Below are positions 17,212-26,555 of a stretch of DNA of 58,120 bases, piece by piece. The translations under genes and the position numbers were made by a program. The DNA is from a virus (Duplodnaviria; Caudoviricetes): IMG/VR virus record IMGVR_UViG_3300027969_000117, positions 1 to 58,120 of that record; one strand, 5' to 3'. The notes under the pieces were generated by a model. It was not told where the DNA came from, did no database searches, and worked only from the letters and a program-made list of their open reading frames with translations. Numbering within the stretch: position 1 is the stretch's first letter; each line of letters begins with the position of its first letter.

Positions 17212-17991
17212 ATGACTAATTTACAATTCAGCCATAGCGGCACATTCGGCGACATTATTTACAGTTTACAAATTGTTAAACACTTGGGCGGGGGAGATTA
17301 CTTCCTTCGCTTATATAATATTGACAATATGGCCAGAGAAACATTTGGCCCAAACGCATCAGCAGGTGATCATACCGGTGAGATGACTACCGCACAACAC
17401 GAGAGCTTGATTTCTTTTATGGAAGCACAGCCCTACATCAAGAGTTACGGAGTATGGAAAGAAGGACAACACATCGATCACGCATTAGAATACAGCGGTC
17501 GAGAAATTGTCAAACGTGAAGGTAATTATTCTTGGGGCTACGCAAAGGCCGCAGGTGTTACTCCCGATCACTACTATAAAGAGTTTATGCTTGACCCTTG
17601 GTTAACAGTACCCGATCCTATTAAGATTAAAGATAAACCTGTTGTAGTAAACTGGTTAGATAGACATCGTTATGGTTGCCAATCAAAACCCGAATCTATT
17701 AAAAATTTAATTAGTAGAGGATTGGCGGAGCAAAGTGTGTTTGTTGGAATGCCTCAACAGCATGAAGCATTTCAAAAATATTGGAGTGTTAAGATTGATT
17801 TTTATCCAACCAAAGATGTACTAGAATGTGCCCGCGTTATTGCCGGAGCAGAGCAGTTTGTTGGCACACAGAGTATGTGTTTAAGCATCGCACTAGGATT
17901 AGGTAAGACTATCCTGTGCGAGCCTAGAAAAGATTTAGCACCCCAACAAAACGAGTGCTACTACGTTAGATCAAACGCTCATTACATTTAA
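17212..17991 (+). CDS. putative glycosyltransferase (GT9/heptosyltransferase-like)
   Basis: N-terminal SGTFGDIIYSL and C-terminal AEQFVGTQSMCLSIALGLGK resemble GT9 (GD...; FIGxDSxxxHIAxALG). Confidence 0.6.
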   Translation: MTNLQFSHSGTFGDIIYSLQIVKHLGGGDYFLRLYNIDNMARETFGPNASAGDHTGEMTTAQHESLISFMEAQPYIKSYGVWKEGQHIDHALEYSGREIVKREGNYSWGYAKAAGVTPDHYYKEFMLDPWLTVPDPIKIKDKPVVVNWLDRHRYGCQSKPESIKNLISRGLAEQSVFVGMPQQHEAFQKYWSVKIDFYPTKDVLECARVIAGAEQFVGTQSMCLSIALGLGKTILCEPRKDLAPQQNECYYVRSNAHYI

Positions 17992-18527
17992 ACTGAACGC
18001 AGGGCATGAAAAATGTCCTGTAGTTCTGTCAACGCATCATCGTATCCGTTCTTCTTAACTCGAACAGCAACGCCACCTCTAGATTCCCATTGTTCACAAT
18101 TATCATAGCGGTCGTCTACCAAGATATCCCCGTCGACTAAACAATGATCTTGCTTGTCGTATGAGTAAGGACCAAAGTGAACTTCAATGCCCGGGTAGCG
18201 TTCATCCATCCATTTAATTTTATCGTGGAATACTTCAAAGCAATCGTTGCCCCGCGGAATAGCGGTAAGCATAACTAGGTTCCACCCCAACTCATCGCGG
18301 AATCGTTTGGCTAAGGCAACTAGCTCATCTGCTTTTTCCATCTTAGGCAAGTTTCGATAAAAGTGTGGTGCGTGGCGCAATTCTTCCCATAAGTGAGTTG
18401 GCCAGCGCCCTTCTGGTTTATTAGCGGCGTCGATTGGAAATTCGGAGTGGAGATATTCTGTGGCGGCGGTATCCCAATCTGCTACAACGCCGTCCATATC
18501 AAGGTGAATAGTATGTTTTGATTTCAT
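17988..18527 (-). CDS. HAD-family 5'(3')-deoxyribonucleotidase
   Basis: LDMDGVVADW, LTA, K, ILVDDR motifs. Confidence 0.88.
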   Translation of the reverse strand: MKSKHTIHLDMDGVVADWDTAATEYLHSEFPIDAANKPEGRWPTHLWEELRHAPHFYRNLPKMEKADELVALAKRFRDELGWNLVMLTAIPRGNDCFEVFHDKIKWMDERYPGIEVHFGPYSYDKQDHCLVDGDILVDDRYDNCEQWESRGGVAVRVKKNGYDDALTELQDIFHALRSV

Positions 18528-18543
18528 AAGTTATTATAACACA

Positions 18544-18567
18544 AAAGCACACCTTGGTGTGCTTTTA
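18544..18567. terminator. bidirectional-type intrinsic terminator
   Basis: AAAAGCACAC-CTTG-GTGTGCTTTT. Confidence 0.75.
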
Positions 18568-18748
18568 TGATTGCCATTTATTTCTATAAGCCTCCATTGC
18601 CTTGGCACGGGCAACGGCTAATCTCACTTTAACGTAATCTGATAATTCATCTTCATGTACTATCCTTCCAAAGTCTTCACTTCTTCTATTACGACCAAAT
18701 GTGACCTCATCATCAATAATGAGGCCATCATTATCATCAAGTTCGTTA

Positions 18749-18973
18749 TTACTTAGCGGCTGGCTTTGCGGCTGGTGTTGCTTCAGTAGTGGCTTTTGCG
18801 TCTTTCTTAGCAGGCTCACTTTTGACAGGCTTTTTTTCATCTTTCTTAACTTCTGCCTTAGCCGGTGCTGGAGCACTTGCTGTAGCGGCAGGAGTTGCTG
18901 GAGCCTTAGCTGGTTCAGCGGCGAATACTGTTGCGGCAAACATTGTTGCGATTAGAGTTGCGATCAATTTCAT
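18749..18973 (-). CDS. secreted Ala/Pro/Lys-rich small protein
   Basis: classical signal peptide MKLIATLIATMFAATVFA, AAGGA SD, low-complexity mature part. Confidence 0.78.
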   Translation of the reverse strand: MKLIATLIATMFAATVFAAEPAKAPATPAATASAPAPAKAEVKKDEKKPVKSEPAKKDAKATTEATPAAKPAAK

Positions 18974-19043
18974 GATATTTCCTTTTGGTTATATACAGAA
19001 TTATCTCTGTATGCATATATAACGCGGTAGCTCTAGGAAACGT

Positions 19044-19733
19044 TTACAAACTTAATTCTTTATCTTCCAAATGTCGAATACTTGCCATTAGTAGTCGAAT
19101 TTTATTTGAATTGCGGAGACTTTTAAATGTTAAATTAGCAATACCAAACTCGCCCTCTTTGGCAAGTCCTTCTTTACGATATCTGGCTAGCATGTCCTTA
19201 ACATGATTTAACATGTCTAAACTTCTGCTTTTAAGAGCACCGTCGATGATCCCACCCCATTTTTTAGTTTCGGATCTTACTGCTTCGACATCATAGTCCA
19301 TTGTTGGAGCTGGTGGTGATTTAAGCCATTTCTTTTCAACAAGACTGTACACAGCACTAACCGCAGGTTTATCTAAGTCTTCTACATATAACTCTACGGG
19401 GATTCCACGCATTGTAATGTTATGCTGTTCCTTCCATAACTTTCGTTTAGTATCAAAATATTCGTCAACCGGTAAGTCACAAAACACATGATTAAACGGT
19501 ATAATAAGATGTAGATCTAAATCAGACTGGTCTGTGTAGTTGTAATTACTTTGACTACCAGTAATTACTATATCTACTAGCGTAGCATCTGTTTCTAAAA
19601 AGTTATAAAACACTTTTGCTAATTTCATTAACGCAGAATGAACTTCTGGTCGTAAATTACCGTCCTCATTCCATAGTTTAGGATTTAGGTCTTTGTGTAA
19701 TTCAATTGGAGGGGAAAAGTCAAACAAGCGCAT
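19044..19733 (-). CDS. Pol-beta superfamily nucleotidyltransferase-like protein
   Basis: ITGS-x8-SDLDLH and later VELYVED motifs. Confidence 0.8.
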   Translation of the reverse strand: MRLFDFSPPIELHKDLNPKLWNEDGNLRPEVHSALMKLAKVFYNFLETDATLVDIVITGSQSNYNYTDQSDLDLHLIIPFNHVFCDLPVDEYFDTKRKLWKEQHNITMRGIPVELYVEDLDKPAVSAVYSLVEKKWLKSPPAPTMDYDVEAVRSETKKWGGIIDGALKSRSLDMLNHVKDMLARYRKEGLAKEGEFGIANLTFKSLRNSNKIRLLMASIRHLEDKELSL

Positions 19734-19763
19734 ATAATGTATTTATTGGATTAAATATTCTTT

Positions 19764-20327
19764 ATGCAAGGTTCTTTAAATCTAACGGGACATTTTTTAT
19801 GTGCCCAACCAAAATGTATTGACTCATTTTTCGCCAGAAGTGTTGTAGTTGTTGCCCAACACGACGATAAACACAGCTGGGGTGTAGTAGTTAATAAACC
19901 CCATCAGACTATTACTCTGTCGGATATCATGAGAACTGCGGGGATTGAATACTTTATCAATGATAGACCAATATACATCGGCGGCCCCGTGGATCCTGGA
20001 AGAGTTCATGTAATTCATAGTTTAGATTGGACGGGCAGTTCTACTATTGCAGTTACTCCCGAAATTGGTATTACTGGAGACATTTCAATCTTAGCTGCAA
20101 TAGCAGGCGGAGACGGGCCTAGTTTATATCGCATTGTAGCAGGTGTGTGCGTGTGGGGATCAAAACAACTAGATGGCGAATATAAAGGGTTACCGCCCTG
20201 GAAGCCAGAGCACAGATGGCTCGATGCCCCGGCTACTTTAGAGGCTGTTTTCGATCAATATGGTGACGATCAGTGGCAAAAATCAATAGAAATTATAGCA
20301 AAATCAGTCATTTCGACTTGGTTTTAA
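19764..20327 (+). CDS. YqgE/AlgH (DUF179) family protein
   Basis: FARSVV...H...GVVVNKP, YIGGPV, G-x3-W-x3-QLDGE motifs. Confidence 0.85.
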   Translation: MQGSLNLTGHFLCAQPKCIDSFFARSVVVVAQHDDKHSWGVVVNKPHQTITLSDIMRTAGIEYFINDRPIYIGGPVDPGRVHVIHSLDWTGSSTIAVTPEIGITGDISILAAIAGGDGPSLYRIVAGVCVWGSKQLDGEYKGLPPWKPEHRWLDAPATLEAVFDQYGDDQWQKSIEIIAKSVISTWF

Positions 20328-20471
20328 ATCGGGGTATACATACCCGTACTCTTTGTACATCCATTGAATAAAACGTTCAACTTCTAATTTTGGTCCTACA
20401 GTATCCTTGTAGACTTCATAGGCTTTTTGTATTCGTTTTAACATTTCTGATTCAGTAATAGTTCCGCTCAT
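20304..20471 (-). CDS. small hypothetical protein (55 aa, MSGTITESEML...)
   Basis: TAATG coupling to the helicase stop, GGAG upstream; not in ORF track. Confidence 0.55.
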   Translation of the reverse strand: MSGTITESEMLKRIQKAYEVYKDTVGPKLEVERFIQWMYKEYGYVYPDLKPSRND

Positions 20472-21925
20472 TAATCTTTCTCCGAATTTAAACTGGAAAT
20501 TAAGTCCCTAATTTTAGCATTTCCAGTAGCTTTTACTTTGGCAATTCCAATACCCTCAGTTGGGTCAGTTCTAATTTCGCCAGTTTCCTGATCGACAACT
20601 GTGCTGGTCTTTTTAAGATTTAAATTTTGATAAACTGAACTAGGGCCAGTTGTTTGTTTTGTCTGCCCACTAGGCGTATAGTTTGATTCACCTTCTTCAC
20701 CTAGGTCTGAAATACGTAATGTATCTACATCAAACTCTAAATCAACCTTTTGTCCTACACCCGAGCTAGAACGTGTTTTCATAAACTGAATTTGATAGCG
20801 TCCACGCTCTTTCATAGCACGACTTGTAAAGATACCAATAACGTTATCTGCTGTCATAATCTTTGACAAGCCACCAGAAATGTGACTGTGATCAAACTCG
20901 ATTTCTTCAACAGCACTACGATTTAATTGTGATGCTGTAACTGTAATGCATTTTGTTTCCATTGCTAAGTTACGAATTTCTTCCGATACATACTTGTCCT
21001 TAACAAACAAATCACTTGGGCTAACCTTAACGCTTAACGGCATCATTAAGTCCAAGTAGTCAATCAAAATAACATCGGGAGCAAAGCCTTTCTTAACTTG
21101 ATATTCTTTCAAATACGCACGGATGTCATTACAGTTTTTACCCGATGGCATATATTTGATCTGCATGTCGCCTGCTTTCTTTTGAAGCATCTTAACCTTA
21201 AGTTCAACATCATCAATATTCTTAAACACATCTCTAGTACCGATGCCTGTCATCATACTGTCAATACGCATCGACACCAAGCCCTCTGCCAATTCAAATG
21301 TAAGGTACAATACATTAAGTCCTGCCAGTGCCCAGTTGACACCTAAGTTTGCCAAGAACAAAGATTTACCGCCGCCTGAGCCAGCACAGAAAATGTTCAA
21401 CTCACCTCGGTTAAATCCGCCATACAGCTTCTTATCGATACTAGGCCATCCTGTACTAATCTGCCCATTCCCATCTTTTAACTTGCTCAATCGTGCTCTC
21501 GGATCTTCAAAATAATCTGTACCCATATCCTTGTTTAACGATATCTGGATAGCATCCTTGATCAACTTTTCAACAGGGTTATAGTCACCTGCTTCAATCA
21601 TGTCAGCACTTTTTAAAATTGCTCTTTCAAGTGCTTTGTGTCTACTAAACTTTTCAAAGTCGTCTAGTAACCATTCATAGTTTTCTTTAGGTACTTGTGC
21701 CGCAATAAAGTCAGTGCCGCATGTTGCGTTGACAATATTTGTCTCTGGCATAACTTTATATTCATCAACGTATTTCTTAATAAACGTTGCGCCATCTTGT
21801 AGTTTTCTATCAAAACTTTCAGGATCAAAGATGTTAGAACATCGCATATAAGTTTCGGCATCGCCTAGAAACATATCGAGATATAGTTTTTGTATTTCGC
21901 TATTATAGTTTGTTTTTTCACTCAT
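20471..21925 (-). CDS. DnaB-like replicative helicase (T4 gp41-like)
   Basis: AGSGGGKS Walker A, ILIDYLDLM, TASQLNR, KTR motifs. Confidence 0.93.
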   Translation of the reverse strand: MSEKTNYNSEIQKLYLDMFLGDAETYMRCSNIFDPESFDRKLQDGATFIKKYVDEYKVMPETNIVNATCGTDFIAAQVPKENYEWLLDDFEKFSRHKALERAILKSADMIEAGDYNPVEKLIKDAIQISLNKDMGTDYFEDPRARLSKLKDGNGQISTGWPSIDKKLYGGFNRGELNIFCAGSGGGKSLFLANLGVNWALAGLNVLYLTFELAEGLVSMRIDSMMTGIGTRDVFKNIDDVELKVKMLQKKAGDMQIKYMPSGKNCNDIRAYLKEYQVKKGFAPDVILIDYLDLMMPLSVKVSPSDLFVKDKYVSEEIRNLAMETKCITVTASQLNRSAVEEIEFDHSHISGGLSKIMTADNVIGIFTSRAMKERGRYQIQFMKTRSSSGVGQKVDLEFDVDTLRISDLGEEGESNYTPSGQTKQTTGPSSVYQNLNLKKTSTVVDQETGEIRTDPTEGIGIAKVKATGNAKIRDLISSLNSEKD

Positions 21926-22913
21926 CCATTCTCTCCAGTTTCTTTTTCTCTAGTTCTATTTTTATCTTGTTTGTTTCACGAGCACCTATGATCGTGAGCA
22001 AAGTATATACTCGGCCATATCGCTTTACAGCATCTGCTACGTCTTTAATATCATGTTCCCATTCTGGCAAACTAATTGCCCAATCGTTATCCAGTGCGGC
22101 TTTTATGAGTTTAGCACCGGGTTTATCTCTGTCAGGAACTACTATAACTTCTTTACCTAATTGACGTAATCTCATTACATGAGCTTCATTAGGTTCATTA
22201 GTCATGATGGCAACACCGTCAACAGCAATAGCGTCAAACTGACCTTCGACTACAATTACATACTGTCTACTATTGTCCTGAGCATCAATGTTAAACAGAT
22301 ATGTGCCTTGACTATCAGTTAGGTACTTTGGCTTACCGTCTTTAATTTTTCGACCAGTATATCCCACAATTTTACCATTGTTATAAAACGGAATTAATAC
22401 ACGGTCTTTATATCCAGGAGCAGGCGTCCACATCCAGTTATACCATTCTAACTTAAATCCCCGTTCAATTACATAGGTAACAGCATTAATAAAATCAGGA
22501 TCAGTACATCCTTCGTTGGCTAGTTCTGTAAAGGTTTTGCTGTCGTCTGGTAATGAGCGTTCTTGTAGTGTTAGTTCGACAACTTTTCTAACTGTTGGCA
22601 AATCTTCTCGTTCACGCATTGCAGTTAGCATTAGCTCAGACACTTTGCTATCTGGCATACCTAACCAATTAAACAACTGCTTGGTATTATTTGATAATAG
22701 TTTACCTTTAGACCAACCTGCTTTGAATCCACAATTAAAGCAATGATATTGAAAGCCTCCAATTGGATTCATTAGGACGCCGCCCCGCTTTCTATCATCG
22801 GGTTTTTCTCCTTTATGGTGGCAACACACAGCGTTGAAACTAATCCAGCCGCTGGGCGTTTGCTTTCTTTTTGGAGGTAAGAATAATTGTAGTTCTGCGT
22901 CAATGACACTCAT
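21918..22913 (-). CDS. DNA primase (T4 gp61-like)
   Basis: N-terminal Zn motif, PKY, TOPRIM VVEGQFDA and PDRD, KDVAD. Confidence 0.92.
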   Translation of the reverse strand: MSVIDAELQLFLPPKRKQTPSGWISFNAVCCHHKGEKPDDRKRGGVLMNPIGGFQYHCFNCGFKAGWSKGKLLSNNTKQLFNWLGMPDSKVSELMLTAMREREDLPTVRKVVELTLQERSLPDDSKTFTELANEGCTDPDFINAVTYVIERGFKLEWYNWMWTPAPGYKDRVLIPFYNNGKIVGYTGRKIKDGKPKYLTDSQGTYLFNIDAQDNSRQYVIVVEGQFDAIAVDGVAIMTNEPNEAHVMRLRQLGKEVIVVPDRDKPGAKLIKAALDNDWAISLPEWEHDIKDVADAVKRYGRVYTLLTIIGARETNKIKIELEKKKLERMDE

Positions 22914-22919
22914 GCTACA

Positions 22920-22948
22920 ATTTTAACTTCTATAGACTAACTTGTCAA
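22920..22948 (-). promoter_or_regulatory. sigma70 promoter for primase (leaderless)
   Basis: TTGACA-17-TAAAAT, then 6 nt to ATG 22913. Confidence 0.65.
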
Positions 22949-23774
22949 AGGTTCCGGTGTATTCAGTATTGTCGTTTTGACCTGGTAAACCAACAGGAGT
23001 ATCTGGTAAAAACATTAAGCGAACATATGTGAACGCTCCTTGGAAGTTAACGTAGTCAACTCCGGTAAATCCATTGTAGTGTCTGGCAACAACAGTGGCA
23101 AATGTACTTTGATTACCACTTGGAGGAGGATTGTTATCCAGGCTTCCCTGCATGTAGACCCAACCTTTAAATTTAGTCATGTAGTAAGCGGCAGTATGAT
23201 ATTCACCGTGACTATGAAAACTAGGATTGGCAGGAATATTACTTGTATCCCACATAAAGTTACCGGCACCTGGATCTCTATTAATATGTTTTTGGAATGC
23301 TGTGATTCCAATGCTAGGCTGCAACGCAGGTAGTAAGTCATGTACAATGTGTAATGTTCCTGCCATTCCATAATATGTATTGGCAAACGCAGGAGTATAC
23401 GTTCCGTCATCTTCTAACATACGTACACCAAACTGGTAGCTGGTACTGTCTAGTCCCCAGGTATCGCCTTCATTTAATGTTAATAAGGCAAGTCCGCGAG
23501 ATGCTAATGTAGTACCATCATCGATGACGTCGATTGTTTTTTCTATCATTAATCTTTGGTTGCGTGTATCAAACATACTGAACACAAAACTCTTACCGGC
23601 AATTGGAATTGGCTTTTGATCGCTGTTTTTAAACTGCAGTTGTATCTTATTTTTAAGTCCTTTTTGGACCTTAAGTTCGTGCTGGTACATAACGTTGTGT
23701 ATCCTTTGATTATTGTCCAGATCCAATAATAGGTCGTATGAATTCTGGTATAAATAGACTGGTAATTTAATCAT
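22923..23774 (-). CDS. hypothetical late protein, likely virion/baseplate component
   Basis: TAAATA-N6-ATG; beta-rich sequence. Confidence 0.6.
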   Translation of the reverse strand: MIKLPVYLYQNSYDLLLDLDNNQRIHNVMYQHELKVQKGLKNKIQLQFKNSDQKPIPIAGKSFVFSMFDTRNQRLMIEKTIDVIDDGTTLASRGLALLTLNEGDTWGLDSTSYQFGVRMLEDDGTYTPAFANTYYGMAGTLHIVHDLLPALQPSIGITAFQKHINRDPGAGNFMWDTSNIPANPSFHSHGEYHTAAYYMTKFKGWVYMQGSLDNNPPPSGNQSTFATVVARHYNGFTGVDYVNFQGAFTYVRLMFLPDTPVGLPGQNDNTEYTGTFDKLVYRS

Positions 23775-23790
23775 ATCATATATTTATTCA

Positions 23791-24177
23791 ATGACCACTA
23801 AGGACGAATTCCAAGCAAAATTTCCATTTATTACCTGTATAAAAATAGGTGATAGTGAATACGTGGGCATCATTATTAATTTAGATGACAATGTTGTTAG
23901 CATCTATAACTTTTCTGATATTAGATCCGAGCCCGATAAGCAATCGTTTTTAGAATTAGGTGATGTTTGGTGGTGGGAAAGTAATCGTAAGATTCCTATT
24001 AACATTTTCTTAAAACAAGAAATGACAATGTATAGAAGTTGTATTAAAACTTTTAATAGTAAAGACGTTGAGGTTGTGTTTGGACCAACAGTGAACCTTA
24101 GTGAAATTGCCGAGAAGCGTGTTAAGAGAAAATCAATTCAACTTGTTAGAACACCTAACAAACGTCCAAGTCGTTAA
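23791..24177 (+). CDS. conserved hypothetical protein (WWWESNRKIPI)
   Basis: 128 aa ORF filling the gap, divergent from 23774. Confidence 0.75.
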   Translation: MTTKDEFQAKFPFITCIKIGDSEYVGIIINLDDNVVSIYNFSDIRSEPDKQSFLELGDVWWWESNRKIPINIFLKQEMTMYRSCIKTFNSKDVEVVFGPTVNLSEIAEKRVKRKSIQLVRTPNKRPSR

Positions 24178-24755
24178 CTAAATCCGTAACTTATTTTTTC
24201 ACAGATTAAATTCATCTGTACTACAATTGCCACGGCATAAGCAACTGCGTGAGCCTTCTTAAAGAAATATTCGTCAGTAGTCGGACGGATCCATACTTCC
24301 TTCATTATCGTCTGCCAGTCCTGGCCAATCAAGTGTCTCTTTGCCGGACGGATCATAGCGAGGACCGCACTTAATTGTTCCACGGAAGTAGGGCAAGTCT
24401 TCCTCAGTACCGTCCCATGCCCGTTCAAATGAAATAACAGATTCACAAAGTCGTCTTGTAAAAGTAAATCCCATAGTGGTTCAGTCTCCATTAGTTGTTT
24501 CAGGTGTTCTTCGTTTCTTACACCTTCATAGACTCCGACATTTAGAAAGTCAATTTTAAAATAACCTCTACGTTCTGCCTCTTTATAATCTATTGTACTT
24601 ATTCCTGTCAGAGGATTGTACGGAATAGAAGTACAATATACACCGGTATTGTGCTTTTTAAAAGTTCCATCTTTATCAGTCATAGCCGCTGGGATATGCT
24701 TGATAACATCAAGTGCTTTCTTTCTGTCAGCAAAGTCGATATCAATATCAGGCAT
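24174..24755 (-). CDS. DNA polymerase III alpha (DnaE)-like catalytic fragment
   Basis: PDIDIDF, KHNTGV, FKIDFL, AMIRP, FKKAHAVAY in DnaE order, in only ~193 aa. Confidence 0.85.
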   Translation of the reverse strand: MPDIDIDFADRKKALDVIKHIPAAMTDKDGTFKKHNTGVYCTSIPYNPLTGISTIDYKEAERRGYFKIDFLNVGVYEGVRNEEHLKQLMETEPLWDLLLQDDFVNLLFHLNGHGTVLRKTCPTSVEQLSAVLAMIRPAKRHLIGQDWQTIMKEVWIRPTTDEYFFKKAHAVAYAVAIVVQMNLICEKISYGFS

Positions 24756-25149
24756 TAGGTAAATCCGATTGTCCACCGTTAGCAAGTGATAACATCAAAC
24801 TATATTGTTCGTATGCCTTTTTAACAGCTGGATATCTATCACGCAAATATTTTTCGTTTTCTTTTTGTTCCATTAGCATTTCAAACATATTGTAATGACC
24901 TTTTTTACTCATGTTGTTAAACACTTCATTTTCAAAATGAGCAATGCGTTCTAGTTCACTTTCACTAATTTCAATTGTATATAATGTTTCAGTTTCAAAG
25001 TCATTTGTTATTGAATCAATTCGATTATAATCGTTTTGATATTGAAACCATTGTACATTCATTTTAGTAAATTTGTAAGCACGTTTTCCGGAGTCTAATA
25101 CTTTAATTCCGTGTTTGTGACAAAATTCTTTTGTAGTGATATCAGTCAA
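24748..25149 (-). CDS. hypothetical protein
   Basis: 133 aa ORF within the operon. Confidence 0.72.
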   Translation of the reverse strand: MTDITTKEFCHKHGIKVLDSGKRAYKFTKMNVQWFQYQNDYNRIDSITNDFETETLYTIEISESELERIAHFENEVFNNMSKKGHYNMFEMLMEQKENEKYLRDRYPAVKKAYEQYSLMLSLANGGQSDLPNA

Positions 25150-25840
25150 TTCCAGTCTCCTTACAAACTTCTTTTACAAGAATTGCGTCAGCAGGATAAT
25201 CTTTAAATTTTGCCAACCAGTGAGGTACATCAAATGCTGGTTCAATAATGTCCATCTGTTCGTCGTTAAACTTTCCAATCATATCTCTACCAGACCTACA
25301 ATTTAATACAAGCCATGGACTAATATAACCGTTTCGAATATCATTTACGGCCCTGTTTAGATTTACATATAAGAAGTAGTGTTGAAATTCTGCGTTGTTA
25401 GCATCGGCCCATTCCATCATATGTTTTAAACTACGTTGTACTGCCGCTTCAACCGGTTCTACTTTTAACATTTCAAATAGGTATGTGTCGTATAATTCAT
25501 CACGGCACCAATGGTCTAATTTAACGCCACTTCTAATTACAAAATCCATGAACTTTTCTGGATATAAGGGCATTACATTGTTGACAAAACTTCCAAATTT
25601 AACAAACGCATTATAGTAAGGGCTCTTACAAAAATCATCGTATGTCTTGTCTTTTTTAGCACCTTGTGTTAATCTAAAGAACTTGTTAAACGCAAGGAAT
25701 CCAGCTTGTACACGCTTTTCATCTTTTTGCATTGCTCGACGTTTTGGCTCGCACATGTGAGCATACAAGGTCTTTTCTTTCATAAAGGCCTTGCCACAAT
25801 GTACGCAACCAAAAGGTTGTTCTTCTAATTTAATAATCAC
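25142..25840 (-). CDS. hypothetical protein with N-terminal zinc finger
   Basis: CVHCGKAF...LYAHMC. Confidence 0.75.
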   Translation of the reverse strand: MIIKLEEQPFGCVHCGKAFMKEKTLYAHMCEPKRRAMQKDEKRVQAGFLAFNKFFRLTQGAKKDKTYDDFCKSPYYNAFVKFGSFVNNVMPLYPEKFMDFVIRSGVKLDHWCRDELYDTYLFEMLKVEPVEAAVQRSLKHMMEWADANNAEFQHYFLYVNLNRAVNDIRNGYISPWLVLNCRSGRDMIGKFNDEQMDIIEPAFDVPHWLAKFKDYPADAILVKEVCKETGID

Positions 25841-26292
25841 TCGTATTCTTTCCGTTGCTTTTTATCAAAGCCCATTTTATCAAATAGTTCGTCTTTATCT
25901 TTCTTATCCATCATACTAGCCATTAGTTTAATATCTTCCATTTTTCTAGCAGGATAGATTTCACATAATAGTTTTTCAATCTTATTTGCTTTTTCTTTCT
26001 TACCAGCGGCTAGATATGGATGATATGCCGGAACTCCTACTCCAGTAACAGCAAACAATTTCCATAATAGTGCTTTATGATTTTTACTTAACTCCCAATG
26101 ATTTTTATTAACACACTCATTGGTCATTTCGAGGAAGTGAGCTTGAACATCATAGTCACCTTGTACGCTGGCTGTATATCTCATAAGAACAAACGGACTA
26201 AAAGATTTCTTTTCTTCATCCGTTAGATTATCATAAAAGTTATAATTTTTTGTGTCAACTGCTTTGAGTTCTCTTTTAATGTCAAGTGCCAT
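25837..26292 (-). CDS. putative clamp loader small subunit (T4 gp62-like)
   Basis: KSFSPFVLMRY...EMTNE pattern and size; replication context. Confidence 0.55.
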   Translation of the reverse strand: MALDIKRELKAVDTKNYNFYDNLTDEEKKSFSPFVLMRYTASVQGDYDVQAHFLEMTNECVNKNHWELSKNHKALLWKLFAVTGVGVPAYHPYLAAGKKEKANKIEKLLCEIYPARKMEDIKLMASMMDKKDKDELFDKMGFDKKQRKEYE

Positions 26293-26554
26293 GATCTTTA
26301 ATAGTATAATAGATTGTTAGTGCGTGGTCAAGTGCCTTGGCTAAAGATGCATTTTCTTTAGCGGCCATTCGAACATCGTGCCAAAGTTGGCTTTCTCCGG
26401 GGGTGCTCATGTAGTTTCTATGATCGAGCGGATCTCTATGTTGCGGCAAGTTATACCCTACAAGGGTTCTTTCCGATTTACCAAATTCTCTAGCGTACAC
26501 TTCTCCTCCGTTTCTTTCATAGATGTATGTTGCTCCTGGTGTTAATGATCCCAT
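26282..26554 (-). CDS. hypothetical protein
   Basis: YIYER...VYAREFG...RTLVG pattern. Confidence 0.72.
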   Translation of the reverse strand: MGSLTPGATYIYERNGGEVYAREFGKSERTLVGYNLPQHRDPLDHRNYMSTPGESQLWHDVRMAAKENASLAKALDHALTIYYTIKDHGT

Positions 26555-26555
26555 A

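Noticed and set aside
18565-18939. 124 aa minus-strand ORF
   Set aside because: Its 5' part overlaps the signal-peptide gene out of frame; only the last ~55 codons might be a real small gene, and I cannot place a start.
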